DNA of 64,000 nt, from contig JANMWI010000060.1 of assembly GCA_031393955.1 (NCBI GenBank), positions 2,694 through 66,693 on the forward strand, written 5' to 3'. Shown here one piece after another: positions 1-10,035 of this stretch. The stretch is from Acidobacteriota bacterium. GTDB taxonomy: Bacteria; Acidobacteriota; Vicinamibacteria; Vicinamibacterales; 2-12-FULL-66-21. The position numbers and the translations under genes were made by a program. Under the pieces are notes generated by a model. The model saw nothing but the letters and a program-made list of their open reading frames with translations, did no database searches and was not told the origin of the DNA. Position 1 is the stretch's first letter. Each line of letters opens with the position of its first letter.

Positions 1-855
1 GAGATTCGTTTCCTGGGGTCGCTCGAGCCCGACAATCTCCGGCGGGTGCGCGCCCGTGCCGACGAGCTTGGCATCGATCTCGAGATTGGCATGCGCTCGA
101 TCTGTCCGACATCGGCGATGTTCGACAAGGCGCAGGGCACCGCCGAGGAGCAGCTCGGACGCATGCTCGAGGCGGCGCGCCTGGTCCGGTCGCCGATCGT
201 CCGGGCGGTGCTCGGCAGCGTCGCCGACCGGCGCGGCGGCATCGAGCGGCACATCGACGCCACCGTCGCGGTCCTGCGCGGCATGCGCTCGCGGGTGATG
301 GATGCCGGCGTCAAGGTGGCGATTGAGAATCACGCCGGCGACATGCAGGCGCGCGAGCTCAAGTCCCTGGTTGAAGGCGCCGGGCCCGACTTCGTCGGCG
401 TCTGCCTCGATTCGGGGAATCCGGTCTGGACCATCGAGGATCCGCACCTGACGCTCGACACGCTGGCGCCGTACGTCCTGACCAGCCACATGCGCGACAG
501 CGCGCTCTGGAACACGCCCGAGGGGGCAGCCGTGCGGTGGACCCGCATGGGCGACGGCAACATGGGGATGGAGCAGTACCTCCGGACCTACATCGAGAAG
601 TGCCCGGGCCGCGCCGTCTCGCTCGAAGTGATCGTCACGCCGCAGCCGCGGATCATGAACTACCGCGATCCGCAGTTCTGGGAGATCTATCGCACCACCC
701 CGGCCTGGGAGTTCGCGCGGTTCCTCGCGCTCTGCGACAAGGGTTCGCCGGTCATCGAGCCGCCCGCCGATCCATCGGCGTCTCCGGCCGCCCGCCAGCT
801 GGAGAGCGTCGAGTCGAGCATCCGCTGGACGCAGGCGCTGCTCGCGAAGATGTAG
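1..855 (+). CDS. Sugar phosphate isomerase/epimerase (xylose isomerase-like TIM barrel), 5' partial
   Basis: Frame is open from base 1 (EIRFLGSLEPDNLRRV...). Carries the AIENH, CLDSGN, SHMRD and SLE metal-binding motifs of the AP-endonuclease-2/xylose isomerase-like fold. Confidence 0.8.
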   Translation, partial: EIRFLGSLEPDNLRRVRARADELGIDLEIGMRSICPTSAMFDKAQGTAEEQLGRMLEAARLVRSPIVRAVLGSVADRRGGIERHIDATVAVLRGMRSRVMDAGVKVAIENHAGDMQARELKSLVEGAGPDFVGVCLDSGNPVWTIEDPHLTLDTLAPYVLTSHMRDSALWNTPEGAAVRWTRMGDGNMGMEQYLRTYIEKCPGRAVSLEVIVTPQPRIMNYRDPQFWEIYRTTPAWEFARFLALCDKGSPVIEPPADPSASPAARQLESVESSIRWTQALLAKM

Positions 856-926
856 CGCGCGCCGTTCGCGCGGCTGCCGCACGATCGCCGGTGGCCTGTC
901 GACAACGGCCGGCCGTCAATCTCCAG

Positions 927-955
927 TTGCCAGATTGGCCCGGCGCGCATACCCT
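927..955 (+). promoter_or_regulatory. Putative sigma70-type promoter
   Basis: TTGCCA-N17-TACCCT upstream of an AGGAGAGG SD-like site and the ATG at 990. Confidence 0.5.
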
Positions 956-989
956 CTTGGCACCAACTTTTTCAGGAGAGGACACACCT

Positions 990-1694
990 ATGCGTCTCGT
1001 TCACGGTTCCGCGGTGGCGGTCGCCCTTGCGATGCTCGTTCCTTCGACGGTTGGCGCACGCGGCCAGGAGACGGCCCGCGCGGTCGCCGGTGGGGGGATC
1101 TCCGTCCCAGGGTGGACCGGCAAAATCGACGCGTCCGAGGAGAAGGGCGGCCAGAAACTGGAGAACTCCAAGCTCGCCAAGGACGGCGACGCCCTGCACG
1201 TGACGACCGGCCCGGCCGTCACCTACTGGAATCCGGCCAACAAGGCCGCCGGCAACTACACCGTCAAGGCGACGTTTCACGAGGCCAAGTACATGGGCCT
1301 CAACGACCACCCGCATCCGTACGGGATTGTCGTCGCCGGCAACGATCTCGGTGGCGCGGAGCAGAGCTATCTCTACTGCGCCGCCTACGGCAACGGCAAC
1401 TTTATCGTCCGGGGCTTCGGTCCGGAGCCGTTCCAGATGAACGGCCGCCGCGGCGAGGCCAGCCCGGCGGTGAAGAAGGCCGCCGGCCCCGGTGAGGCGG
1501 TGACGCAGGAGATTGCCGTCTCGGTTAAAGGTGACCGCGTCGAGTGCGCGATCAACGGCACCGTCGTGGCCGGCTACGACAAGCCGGCGCTCGTCACCGC
1601 CGGCAAACTCAAGTCCACCGATGGCGTCTACGGCCTGCGCTTCGCCCACAACACCGAAGCCACCGTCACCGGTCTGACGATGACCAAGAACTGA
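990..1694 (+). CDS. Secreted beta-sandwich protein (ConA-like/DUF1080-like), function unknown
   Basis: ATG at 990 with an SD-like site, N-terminal signal peptide (MRLVHGSAVAVALAMLVP...), beta-rich sequence, coding-type codon usage. The longer ORF start at 537 overlaps the upstream gene. Confidence 0.7.
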   Translation: MRLVHGSAVAVALAMLVPSTVGARGQETARAVAGGGISVPGWTGKIDASEEKGGQKLENSKLAKDGDALHVTTGPAVTYWNPANKAAGNYTVKATFHEAKYMGLNDHPHPYGIVVAGNDLGGAEQSYLYCAAYGNGNFIVRGFGPEPFQMNGRRGEASPAVKKAAGPGEAVTQEIAVSVKGDRVECAINGTVVAGYDKPALVTAGKLKSTDGVYGLRFAHNTEATVTGLTMTKN

Positions 1695-1703
1695 CGACGG
1701 CAG

Positions 1704-1769
1704 CGGCCGCCGCCGATCGACGATTCGGGAGATCCGCTGTGGATCGTCCGGATCGTCAAGGGGCGGCCG
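1704..1769. terminator. Long imperfect hairpin between convergent genes
   Basis: CGGCCGCC...GACGATTCGGGAGATCC-gctgt-GGATCGTCCGGATCGTC...GGCGGCCG inverted repeat; no U-tract. Confidence 0.45.
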
Positions 1770-1817
1770 TTTCCGTCCTCTCTCGCATCCCTCCACTCGA
1801 GCGGGTCCGCTCGCCCC

Positions 1818-4800
1818 TCAGAACGTCGCGCGCACGACGAGCTGCACCTGGCGGGCGGGTGTGGCCGCCTCGGTAATGGATCCGAACTGCGGCGTGTTGA
1901 CGAACCGGTTGGGCGTGCCGTAGTTCGTGGTGTTCAGCAGATTGAACGCCTCGACACGCAGATGCAGCTCCGCCGAGCTGAGCGGCAGTGCCCGATCGAG
2001 CGCCAGATCGGCTTTGCTCAGAGCCGGGCCCCAGACGCTGTTGCGCGTCGCCGTGCCGAAGGTAAACGGAGCGGGCGTCGCGAAGGCGTCGGTATTGAAC
2101 CACCGCGCCGCGCTGCGTTCACCAGCCGGCAGCGCGACCGCGACGCCAGGGACGGCATTCGCGCGAATCGGGTTGACGTTGAGCAGCGTGCCGGCATTCG
2201 CCGTATCGCCGAACACACTGACGGTGAACGGGAATCCACTCTGCCACTGGTAGATGAGCGAGGCCTGCCAGCCGCCGAGGACCCCGCGGACGACGCGCGC
2301 CGCTGTCCCCGACCCGCCGCGATCGCCGAACGGCAGCTTGTAGATGACGCTGCTGACGAAACGATGTCGGACGTCACAGCCCGCCGGACCCCAGTCGGCT
2401 CTCGGATCGTAGCTGTTCTGCGGGACCTCCGCTTCGTTCGCCGGCGACCGGAATGACGGCGCGTCCGTCAGACTGTGCGCGAAGGTATAGCTGGCGAGGA
2501 AGCTCAGCCCGCGCGAAAAGGTGCGCCGTCCGAGGAGCCAGACGGAGTTGTAGGTCGAGCGCCCGGTGCTTTCGAGCAGGTTGATCGGGCCCACCGGGAA
2601 GGTGAGGCTCTGGACCGTCACGTCCGCCGGCAGCACTCCCAGGTCCGATCCGGGCACGAACGAAATCGTCTGATACGGCCGGCGCGGCTGTACCCCGCCC
2701 GGACCCGGCACGGCGTTGTTGACCAGCCGCGATCGATCCAGATTCCTTCCCCACGCGCCGAGATAGCCGGCCTGCATCATGACGTTCGACGTCAGTTCGC
2801 GCTCGACACTGACGCTCGCCTGCGTGATGCGTGGGATCTGGAGGTGCGTGTCGATCGCCGTGAAGCCGACCAGGGTCCGCCCGAGCACGGGCGGCGCGAA
2901 TCCGAACGTGTTGATGGAGGGATTGGCGGCGTTGTTGACCTGGATCTCTGGAAAGACCAGCGGCACGTTGTGCACCTGGTTGCACCAGAGGTTCATGTCC
3001 GGATACGAGTAGAAGATTCCGGCTCCGGCGCGGTAGACGGTTCGCTTGGCCGCCGGCGCCCAGGCGAGTCCCGCGCGGGGCGCGAGGTTGTTGCGGTCGG
3101 TGTAGACCAGCCCCTTGGGATATCCCCCCTGACCGCCGACGAACGCGACCGGGGCGCCGCGGCTGAAGTCCAGATTCGTCAGGATCTTGTGAATGTCGGA
3201 CAAGGGCGTCTGAAGCTCATACCGGAGGCCGGCGTTCAGTGTCAGCGACGAGGTGACGCGCCAGTCGTCCTGAACGAAGACATCGTAGGTCATCTGCCGC
3301 ATGTTCATCGACGGCGTTCCGGCTTGGCGCTGCGCGAGCGCCGGGGTTCCGAGCAGAAAGCTGGCGAGCGGATCGCCGGTGCCGTCGGCCAGCGACGTCT
3401 GGCTGGTAATCGGCGAGGTGAACTGGAAGTAGCCGCGGTTCTGGAAGAAGCCGAGCATGTCCCAGACGAACCGCCTGGCATCGCCGCCGAACCGCACGGA
3501 GTGCCGGCCGGCGCTCCAGGTCAGGCGCTCACCCGCCTGGAAGTTGTTGTTCCAGTAGCGGCACGGCGTGCACAGCAACGAGTCTCCGATAGGGTCGTAG
3601 CCCTGAATGTCGAACCGCGGCAGCCCGTACGCATCGCTGCCGCCGTAGCCGACGCCCCTGATCCCAAGCTCGGTGACCAGGTCGGACCCGTTGGCCGTCT
3701 CGCCGAAGCGGTGCAGCCGCATCCGGGCAAAGCCAAACCGGGTCTCGGCCAGCAGCCGCTTCGAGACCGGCGTGACAAGGCTCACGCTGAGGTTCTGGAC
3801 GCGGTTGCCGTGAAAGGCGCCGAACCCCGGCAGATTCTCCGGAGTGAATCCATTTTCGTCGCTCAGGCTGTAGCGCCCGAAGACCGACGAGCCGTTGCCC
3901 CACGAACGATCCAGGCGGATATTGAACGCATCGTTGTTGAGCTCTTGCGCGCGGGTGTCCAGATAGTTGTCGGTCGGGTCGTCCCGGTTCGGCTGGACCA
4001 CGTACTTCTGGAGCACCTGCAAGGCGACGGGGTTGATCCGGTCCAGCGGAATCCGGTTCCCCGGAAACTGCGTGCGGACGAATTGAGCGTTGGCAGCGCT
4101 GATCGGCAGCGCCGGATTGAACGCGGGGTTCGGCCGCGTCGTCTGCGGATCGTAGATTGGCCGCCCGCCCCTGAAGTCGCCGAGCCGCGCCGCGGATCCC
4201 GGCACGAACATGATGTGGGACATGTGCTGCGACGTCCGCAGCCCCTCATAGCCCCCGAAGAAGAAGACGCGCCCTCCGGCCGGTCCGCCGAGCGTGCCGC
4301 CGAACTGATTCTGCGAGAATGGCGGCAGCTCGCCCGGGTTGGTGAACTCCGGCGAGTCGAAGCGGCTGTTACGCGCGTACTCGTACAGCGACCCTCTGAA
4401 CTTGAGCGTGCCCGAGCGCGTGACCACGTTGATTTGTCCCGTACCGGCGCCAAGCTCCGCCGTGTACGTTCCGGTCTGAATCTGGAACTCCCGAATCGCG
4501 TCGGGCGGCGGGCTGATGACGAAGGTGTTGAAGCTCGGGTCGGTATTGACCGTCCCGTCGAGCAGATACACATTGGCGTTCGGCCGTGCGCCGGCAATCG
4601 TGATCGCTGAGTTCTGACCGGGACGCCAGTAGAGCGGGCTCATGTCGCCCATCTGCGCCCCGTGGCTGGTATGGGCGCCGGGCACGAGCAGCGCCAGTTC
4701 GAGGAACTGACGGCCGTTCAGGGGCAGCTCGGCGACCTGCTGACGGTCGATGACCTCGCCCACCGCCGCCTCGCTCAGATGAAGAAGCGGCACGGTCTGG

Positions 4801-5183
4801 GTGACGTCCACCTGCTGCGACACCCCCGCGGGGCGCAGCTGCACGTCGGCCCGGACGCGCTGGTTCACCTCCAGCCGCACCTGCCGCTCGTACCGGTCGA
4901 AGCCGGCCAGTTCCACCGTGAGCCGGTATTCGCCAGGCAGCAGTCCCGGGAAGTCGAACGCGCCGTCACCGCTGGTCGTCTGCGTACGGGACAGGCCGGT
5001 GTCGAGGTCCGTCACGCCAACGGTCGCGCCGGGTACTGCCAGGGACTGAGAATCGCGGACCTCCCCCGACAGCGCGGCAGTACTGCCCTGAGCGGCGCTG
5101 ATGCGCGGCAACAGGATCACCACCAGAAGGAGCAGGCCCGCGAGAATCCGCCGATGGAACGTGAAATGCCCCGCAGTCAACAT
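1818..5183 (-). CDS. TonB-dependent receptor (Oar-like, N-terminal carboxypeptidase-regulatory-like domain)
   Basis: Signal peptide; LPLNGRQFLELALLVPG, NVVTRSGT, QDDWRV, NLAPRAGLAW motifs; C-terminal ...RATF typical of OM beta-barrels; 1121 aa. Confidence 0.93.
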   Translation of the reverse strand: MLTAGHFTFHRRILAGLLLLVVILLPRISAAQGSTAALSGEVRDSQSLAVPGATVGVTDLDTGLSRTQTTSGDGAFDFPGLLPGEYRLTVELAGFDRYERQVRLEVNQRVRADVQLRPAGVSQQVDVTQTVPLLHLSEAAVGEVIDRQQVAELPLNGRQFLELALLVPGAHTSHGAQMGDMSPLYWRPGQNSAITIAGARPNANVYLLDGTVNTDPSFNTFVISPPPDAIREFQIQTGTYTAELGAGTGQINVVTRSGTLKFRGSLYEYARNSRFDSPEFTNPGELPPFSQNQFGGTLGGPAGGRVFFFGGYEGLRTSQHMSHIMFVPGSAARLGDFRGGRPIYDPQTTRPNPAFNPALPISAANAQFVRTQFPGNRIPLDRINPVALQVLQKYVVQPNRDDPTDNYLDTRAQELNNDAFNIRLDRSWGNGSSVFGRYSLSDENGFTPENLPGFGAFHGNRVQNLSVSLVTPVSKRLLAETRFGFARMRLHRFGETANGSDLVTELGIRGVGYGGSDAYGLPRFDIQGYDPIGDSLLCTPCRYWNNNFQAGERLTWSAGRHSVRFGGDARRFVWDMLGFFQNRGYFQFTSPITSQTSLADGTGDPLASFLLGTPALAQRQAGTPSMNMRQMTYDVFVQDDWRVTSSLTLNAGLRYELQTPLSDIHKILTNLDFSRGAPVAFVGGQGGYPKGLVYTDRNNLAPRAGLAWAPAAKRTVYRAGAGIFYSYPDMNLWCNQVHNVPLVFPEIQVNNAANPSINTFGFAPPVLGRTLVGFTAIDTHLQIPRITQASVSVERELTSNVMMQAGYLGAWGRNLDRSRLVNNAVPGPGGVQPRRPYQTISFVPGSDLGVLPADVTVQSLTFPVGPINLLESTGRSTYNSVWLLGRRTFSRGLSFLASYTFAHSLTDAPSFRSPANEAEVPQNSYDPRADWGPAGCDVRHRFVSSVIYKLPFGDRGGSGTAARVVRGVLGGWQASLIYQWQSGFPFTVSVFGDTANAGTLLNVNPIRANAVPGVAVALPAGERSAARWFNTDAFATPAPFTFGTATRNSVWGPALSKADLALDRALPLSSAELHLRVEAFNLLNTTNYGTPNRFVNTPQFGSITEAATPARQVQLVVRATF

Positions 5184-5239
5184 GATGGTTGGGGACTGTA
5201 AACGCGCGGCGACCCGAACCGCAATAGTATGGACGAACT

Positions 5240-7126
5240 ATGCTCCTGCACCCCGTCGACTGGTTCATTCTCCTCGCCACCCTGCTGGTCTGTTTCGTCC
5301 CGGCGCTGTTCTTCGCCCGCCGCGCCGGCACGAGCACGTCCGAGTTCTTTGCCTCGGGGCGGTCGGTGCCGTGGTGGCTGGCCGGGCTGTCGATGGTCGC
5401 GACCACGTTCAGCAGCGACACGCCGAACTGGGTGACCCAGCAGGTGCGCCAATACGGGGTCGCCGGCAACTGGCAGTGGTGGGCGTTCGTGCTGACCGGC
5501 GTGTCGACGGTGTTCTTCTTCGCGCGGCTGTGGCGGCGGTCCGGCGTGATGACCGATCTCGAGTTCTACGAGCTCCGCTACTCCGGCCGCGCCGCCTCGG
5601 TGGTCCGCGGCTTCCGGGCGGTCTACCTCGGGCTGTTCTTCAACTGCTTCATCATGGGGATGGTGACGCTGGCGGCGTGCAAGATCGCCAACATCCTGTT
5701 CGGCATGCCGCCGTGGCAGACGATTCTCCTCGCCGGGGCGCTGAACGTGGTCTTCGCGGCGCATTCGGGGCTGTGGGGCGTGCTCGTCATCGACATGATC
5801 CAGTTCTTCATCAAGATGACCGCCGTCATCGCCGCGGCCTATTTCTCGCTCAAGGAGGTCGCCCGCCACAGCGGGCTCGGCGACAGCGCCCTGACCGGCC
5901 TCCACACCATGGTCCGCGTGCTCGGCGCGCAGCAGGTCAACTTCGCGCCGGGCGCGCAGCCGATCCGCTCGGCCATCGACGGCAGCGGCCAGCCGATCCT
6001 CAACGTGATGCCGAACTTCGCGTTGAGCGAGCTGGCGCTGATGATTTTCATCGTGCCGATGGCGATTGGCTGGTGGGCTAACTGGTACCCGGGGGCCGAG
6101 CCGGGCGGCGGCAGCTACATCGCGCAGCGCATGCTGGCGTCGAAGTCGGAAAAGGACTCGCTCGGCGGCACCCTGTTCTTCAATCTCGCCCACTACGTCC
6201 TGCGGCCGTGGCCGTGGATCATCACCGCGCTCTGTTCGATGATCGTCTTTCCCGAGCTGAAGGACATTCAGGCCGCCTTCCCCGCCGCCGACCCGCGGCT
6301 GATCGGCCACGACAGCGCCTTCCCGGCGATGCTCAAGTTCCTGCCGCCCGGCTTCACCGGGCTGATGGTCGGCGGCCTGATCGCCGCCAACTCCTCGACC
6401 ATCCTCACGCATTTGAACTGGGGATCGTCGTACCTGGTGCACGACTTCTACCGCCGCTTCCTGGCGCCCAGCCGCGACGAGCGGCACTACGTCGCGGTCG
6501 GCCGCGCCTGCACGGTCGGCCTCTATATCCTTGCGGCGCTGCTCAGCCGGCTGCTCGACACGGCGCAGGAGGCGTTCGAAGTCCTGATCTCGATCGGCGC
6601 CGGCACCGGCCTGCTCTACCTGCTCCGCTGGTTCTGGTGGCGCATCAATGCGTGGTGCGAGATTGTCGCCATGGCCAGCTCGTTCAGCGTGTCGGTGGTG
6701 TTCTTCATCATGCGGAAGAACGGTCACGCGCTGCCGTTCGCGCACGCGGTGCTGTACTCGGTGGCCTTCACGACCGTCTCGTGGCTGATTGCGGCATACG
6801 TGACGCCGGCGACCAGCCGCGAACGCCTGATCGCGTTCTACCGGAAGGTGCACCCCTCAGGCCCGGGCTGGACCCGCGTCCGGCGCGAGGTGGGCGTCAG
6901 CGAGGCCGAGGCCGCCGCCCTCAGCGATCCGATCGGCAAGGCGACCGCGGGGTGGATCTCAGGGTGCCTGACGATCTGGTCGTCGCTGTTCGCGATTGGC
7001 AACTTTCTTTACGGCCGCACCGGCACGGCGCTGATCCTGACCGCCATCTTCATCGTCAGCGGGCTAATCCTGCTGTGGGTCACCAACACGCTCTGGGATC
7101 GCGACACCGCTCCGGCGCGGGGCTGA
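5240..7126 (+). CDS. Sodium:solute symporter (SSS family)
   Basis: Many TM helices; EFFASGRSVPWWLAGLSMVATTFSSDT and YIAQRML motifs. Confidence 0.9.
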   Translation: MLLHPVDWFILLATLLVCFVPALFFARRAGTSTSEFFASGRSVPWWLAGLSMVATTFSSDTPNWVTQQVRQYGVAGNWQWWAFVLTGVSTVFFFARLWRRSGVMTDLEFYELRYSGRAASVVRGFRAVYLGLFFNCFIMGMVTLAACKIANILFGMPPWQTILLAGALNVVFAAHSGLWGVLVIDMIQFFIKMTAVIAAAYFSLKEVARHSGLGDSALTGLHTMVRVLGAQQVNFAPGAQPIRSAIDGSGQPILNVMPNFALSELALMIFIVPMAIGWWANWYPGAEPGGGSYIAQRMLASKSEKDSLGGTLFFNLAHYVLRPWPWIITALCSMIVFPELKDIQAAFPAADPRLIGHDSAFPAMLKFLPPGFTGLMVGGLIAANSSTILTHLNWGSSYLVHDFYRRFLAPSRDERHYVAVGRACTVGLYILAALLSRLLDTAQEAFEVLISIGAGTGLLYLLRWFWWRINAWCEIVAMASSFSVSVVFFIMRKNGHALPFAHAVLYSVAFTTVSWLIAAYVTPATSRERLIAFYRKVHPSGPGWTRVRREVGVSEAEAAALSDPIGKATAGWISGCLTIWSSLFAIGNFLYGRTGTALILTAIFIVSGLILLWVTNTLWDRDTAPARG

Positions 7127-7194
7127 CGGCAGGGACACGGGCTGGGAGCGGATCGCGATGGCCGGCTGGCGGCTGGAAGAGAAAGCGGGGCGGC

Positions 7195-7386
7195 TCAGCG
7201 CTGTGACGGAATACTGGGGCGGCGGATCTGCCGCCGCTCGGGAATGACCCAGACCTCGCCGCACGCGGCGCAGCGGAGGTAGACGTACCGTTCCGTCAGC
7301 GTCGCGGCCTTGACCGAGCCGTCCGCGCACTTCGGGCACCGCTGGGTTCCGCTCGGCACCGCGGAGCCGTTCGGAGACAGAATCAT
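7195..7386 (-). CDS. Small zinc-ribbon protein
   Basis: 63 aa with CPKC...CAAC pairs followed by GEVW; fills the intergenic gap; TAAGGT -10-like box 9 nt upstream. Confidence 0.6.
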   Translation of the reverse strand: MILSPNGSAVPSGTQRCPKCADGSVKAATLTERYVYLRCAACGEVWVIPERRQIRRPSIPSQR

Positions 7387-7465
7387 GATATCGGCACCTT
7401 ACCGCAAGCTCAGCCGTGGCGCAATCATCCCGACGGAATGACGGCCTGAATTCCCTGATAACGGC

Positions 7466-9094
7466 ATGATCAGGCTCACCGTGTCGGCGGCGCTGGCGGT
7501 CTGGCTGATCGCTGGGCCCGTTGTTCCCCCCGATACGACGTTCAGTCCCGGTCGGTTCAAAGCGCATGTCGCGTTCCTCTCCGACGACCTGCTGGAGGGG
7601 CGCGCCGCGGGAACGCGCGGCCATGAGATCGCCGCGCGCTATGTCGCCAGCCAGTTCGCGCGGCTCGGCGTGACGCCGGGCGGCACCGGCGGCACCTACT
7701 TCCAGACCGTCCCGCTGCTGGAGGCCGCGCGCAGCGGCGCGGCCGCCACGCTCGTCGTGCAGTCGCCGCACGGGACCCGGACGTTTACGCACGGCGGCAA
7801 GGTTGCGATCACGGGACCGCTCGCCGGCGGAACCGCAAAGGTTGCCGCTCCGCTGGTCTTCGTCGGCTACGGCGTGACCGACCCGGCGCTCGGCATCGAC
7901 GATTACCAGGGGCTGGACGTCCGTGGCCGAATTGCGGTGGAGTTGTCGGGCTATCCGGCCGGGATGGACAGCGAAATCGGCGCCCACCTGCAGGGAGAAC
8001 AACGGCGGACCGCCGCCGCCCACGGCGCCGCGGGCGTCATCTTCATCGCTACCCGGACGGGCGCGAAGGCCTTTCCGTGGGAGCAGCTGATGCGCCGCGC
8101 CGGACGACCGCTCACGACCTGGCGCGAGGATGACGGGATCCCGTTCGACCCGGCTGCCGGGCTGCAGGCGTCGGCGCAGATCGAACAGAGCGCCGCCGCG
8201 TCGCTCTTCGACGGCGCCTCGCGCACCCTCGCACAGATCCTGGACGAAGCCGATCGGCCGGGCGGCCGTCCGCGCGGCATGCCGCTGCCGGTCCGCGCCG
8301 CCATCACGGTGTCGACGACCGTGCGGCGCTACGGCAGCCCGGAAGTCATCGGTATCATCGAGGGGGCCGAGCCGCGCCTGCGCGACGAGTACGTCGCGCT
8401 GATGGCCCACGCCGACCATCTCGGGGTGACCGGGACCGGCCCGGGAGACCACATCAACAACGGTGCCCTCGACAACGCGGCCGGCGTCGCGACGCTGATC
8501 GAGGTGGCACGGGCGCTGTCCGGAGCGGCCCGGCGGCCGAGGCGCTCGGTGCTGCTCGTCGCGAACACCGCCGAGGAAAAGGGGCTGCTCGGCGCCGACT
8601 ACTTCGCCCGGCATCCACCGGTGCCGATCGGGCAGATTACCGCCGCCATTGATCTCGACATGCCGATGCTGCTCTACGACTTCACCGACGTCGTCGCCTA
8701 CGGTGCCACCCACTCGACGCTCGCACCGGTGCTGCGTGAGGCCGCGGCCGCCATGGACGTGGCGCTGTCGCCGGACCCGATGCCCGAACAGGCGGTGTTC
8801 GTCCGGTCGGACCACTACGCGATGGCGCAGCGCGGGGTGCCGGCGGTGATGCTGGCGACCGGGATGGCCAGCGGCGGCGCGGCGGCATGGCCGGACTTCC
8901 TGGCGCACCGCTACCACCAGCCGTCGGACGACATGTCGCAGCCGATCCTGTGGGCCGCCGGCGCGAAGTTCGCCGAGCTGAACTACCGGATCGTCAGCGC
9001 CCTGGCCGATGCCGACAGTCGGGCGCGGTGGTACGCGGGGGACTACTTCGGCAACCTGTTCGCGCCGGAGGCGCCCAAGGCGGGGCGTCCCTGA
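7466..9094 (+). CDS. M28 family metallopeptidase with PA domain
   Basis: Signal peptide; LSDDLLEGR, AHADH, GALDNAAG, AEEKG, RSDH and YHQPSD motifs. Confidence 0.9.
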   Translation: MIRLTVSAALAVWLIAGPVVPPDTTFSPGRFKAHVAFLSDDLLEGRAAGTRGHEIAARYVASQFARLGVTPGGTGGTYFQTVPLLEAARSGAAATLVVQSPHGTRTFTHGGKVAITGPLAGGTAKVAAPLVFVGYGVTDPALGIDDYQGLDVRGRIAVELSGYPAGMDSEIGAHLQGEQRRTAAAHGAAGVIFIATRTGAKAFPWEQLMRRAGRPLTTWREDDGIPFDPAAGLQASAQIEQSAAASLFDGASRTLAQILDEADRPGGRPRGMPLPVRAAITVSTTVRRYGSPEVIGIIEGAEPRLRDEYVALMAHADHLGVTGTGPGDHINNGALDNAAGVATLIEVARALSGAARRPRRSVLLVANTAEEKGLLGADYFARHPPVPIGQITAAIDLDMPMLLYDFTDVVAYGATHSTLAPVLREAAAAMDVALSPDPMPEQAVFVRSDHYAMAQRGVPAVMLATGMASGGAAAWPDFLAHRYHQPSDDMSQPILWAAGAKFAELNYRIVSALADADSRARWYAGDYFGNLFAPEAPKAGRP

Positions 9095-9421
9095 TCAGGA
9101 CGGCTTGCGCGGCTCCGGGGCCTTCCCAACCTGGATCAGAATCGCCACGTATGGGGCTTCATCCGACCGCGTCGTGACGACGATCCGGGTGCCGGGGCGA
9201 ATGCTGCGGAACGGCACGGCGACCTTGTCTCTGGTCACTGTCGTCTGCTTCGTCACCGTCACGGTGACGCTTTTGCCGTCAGGCGTCTCCATCGTCAGAT
9301 GGTCGGACGCGGCGGTCGTGACCGTGCCGAGCACTTTGTGTTCGTGAGCCAGCACGACCGCGACGGCGCAGGCGACGACCAGCGCCGTGAACAAGCCGAC
9401 TGCCCGGATCTGTTTCGTCAC
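9095..9421 (-). CDS. Small exported OB-fold-like protein (DUF5666/CusF-like), possibly metal binding
   Basis: GTG start overlaps the cytochrome c stop (GTGA). Signal peptide ends VLA-HEH; mature part is beta-rich (GTV...V.V...T.V). Confidence 0.7.
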   Translation of the reverse strand: MTKQIRAVGLFTALVVACAVAVVLAHEHKVLGTVTTAASDHLTMETPDGKSVTVTVTKQTTVTRDKVAVPFRSIRPGTRIVVTTRSDEAPYVAILIQVGKAPEPRKPS

Positions 9422-10035
9422 TGGTCGTGTCCTTTGTGAACGGGCGCGGGCGGCAGCGGCGCCCCGTTCAGGAAGTCGTCCGGGTCCATGGCGGGGGTCC
9501 CCGGGCCGGTGGGATTCAGCCGCCGCATCAACGCCAGCTCTTCGGCGCTGAGCTGCGGCAGGTGCCGGATGAACTGCACCAGATGCCAGGAGGCCGTCTC
9601 GCTTTCGGCGCGGCCATCGCCCCACGCCGGCATGCCGGTGAAGGGCACGCCGTGCTCGATGATGTAGAACAGCTCGCCGTCGGTCAGCTGAAGGGTTGCC
9701 GGCAGCGTCATGTCGGGCGGTTTCGGATACAGGCCGCGCCCCATCTCCGTCTGTCCGCGCCCGTCGTTGCCGTGGCAGACCGCACAGTGATCGGCAAAAT
9801 GCGCGAGGCCGGCGCGGAGCCGTTCCGGACTCGAGCTTCCGGGATTCGCCCGGCGGCGTGCGTCCGCCGGGATCGCCAGACTGCGTGCCGCTCTGGCGAC
9901 TCTTGTCTCGAGGCGGCCGGGGTGGCCCGCAGCGGAAAAGCCATGGCCCCGTACGACGAGATAGGACAGCGCGGCGATTGACAGGCCGACGCCGAGCATC
10001 ACCACCATCGAGCTGACGATCCCGCGGCGGGTCAT
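9418..10035 (-). CDS. Membrane-anchored c-type cytochrome
   Basis: N-terminal TM helix, CAVCH heme motif, LYPKPPDM, DGELFYII.HG, GMPAW axial Met. ATG overlaps the upstream stop (TGATG). Confidence 0.9.
   Translation of the reverse strand: MTRRGIVSSMVVMLGVGLSIAALSYLVVRGHGFSAAGHPGRLETRVARAARSLAIPADARRRANPGSSSPERLRAGLAHFADHCAVCHGNDGRGQTEMGRGLYPKPPDMTLPATLQLTDGELFYIIEHGVPFTGMPAWGDGRAESETASWHLVQFIRHLPQLSAEELALMRRLNPTGPGTPAMDPDDFLNGAPLPPAPVHKGHDQ

Noticed and set aside
537-989. N-terminal extension of the 537-1694 ORF
   Set aside because: It overlaps the isomerase gene; the promoter, SD and signal peptide all point to ATG 990.
2475-4610. Long antisense ORFs (also 7064-8917, 26767-29295, 33018-34754, 43027-44640, 50761-52791, 57765-59540, 59870-61921)
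   Set aside because: They lie opposite well-supported genes, are Arg/Ala/Gly-rich with no motifs, and are the expected shadow ORFs of high-GC codon usage.
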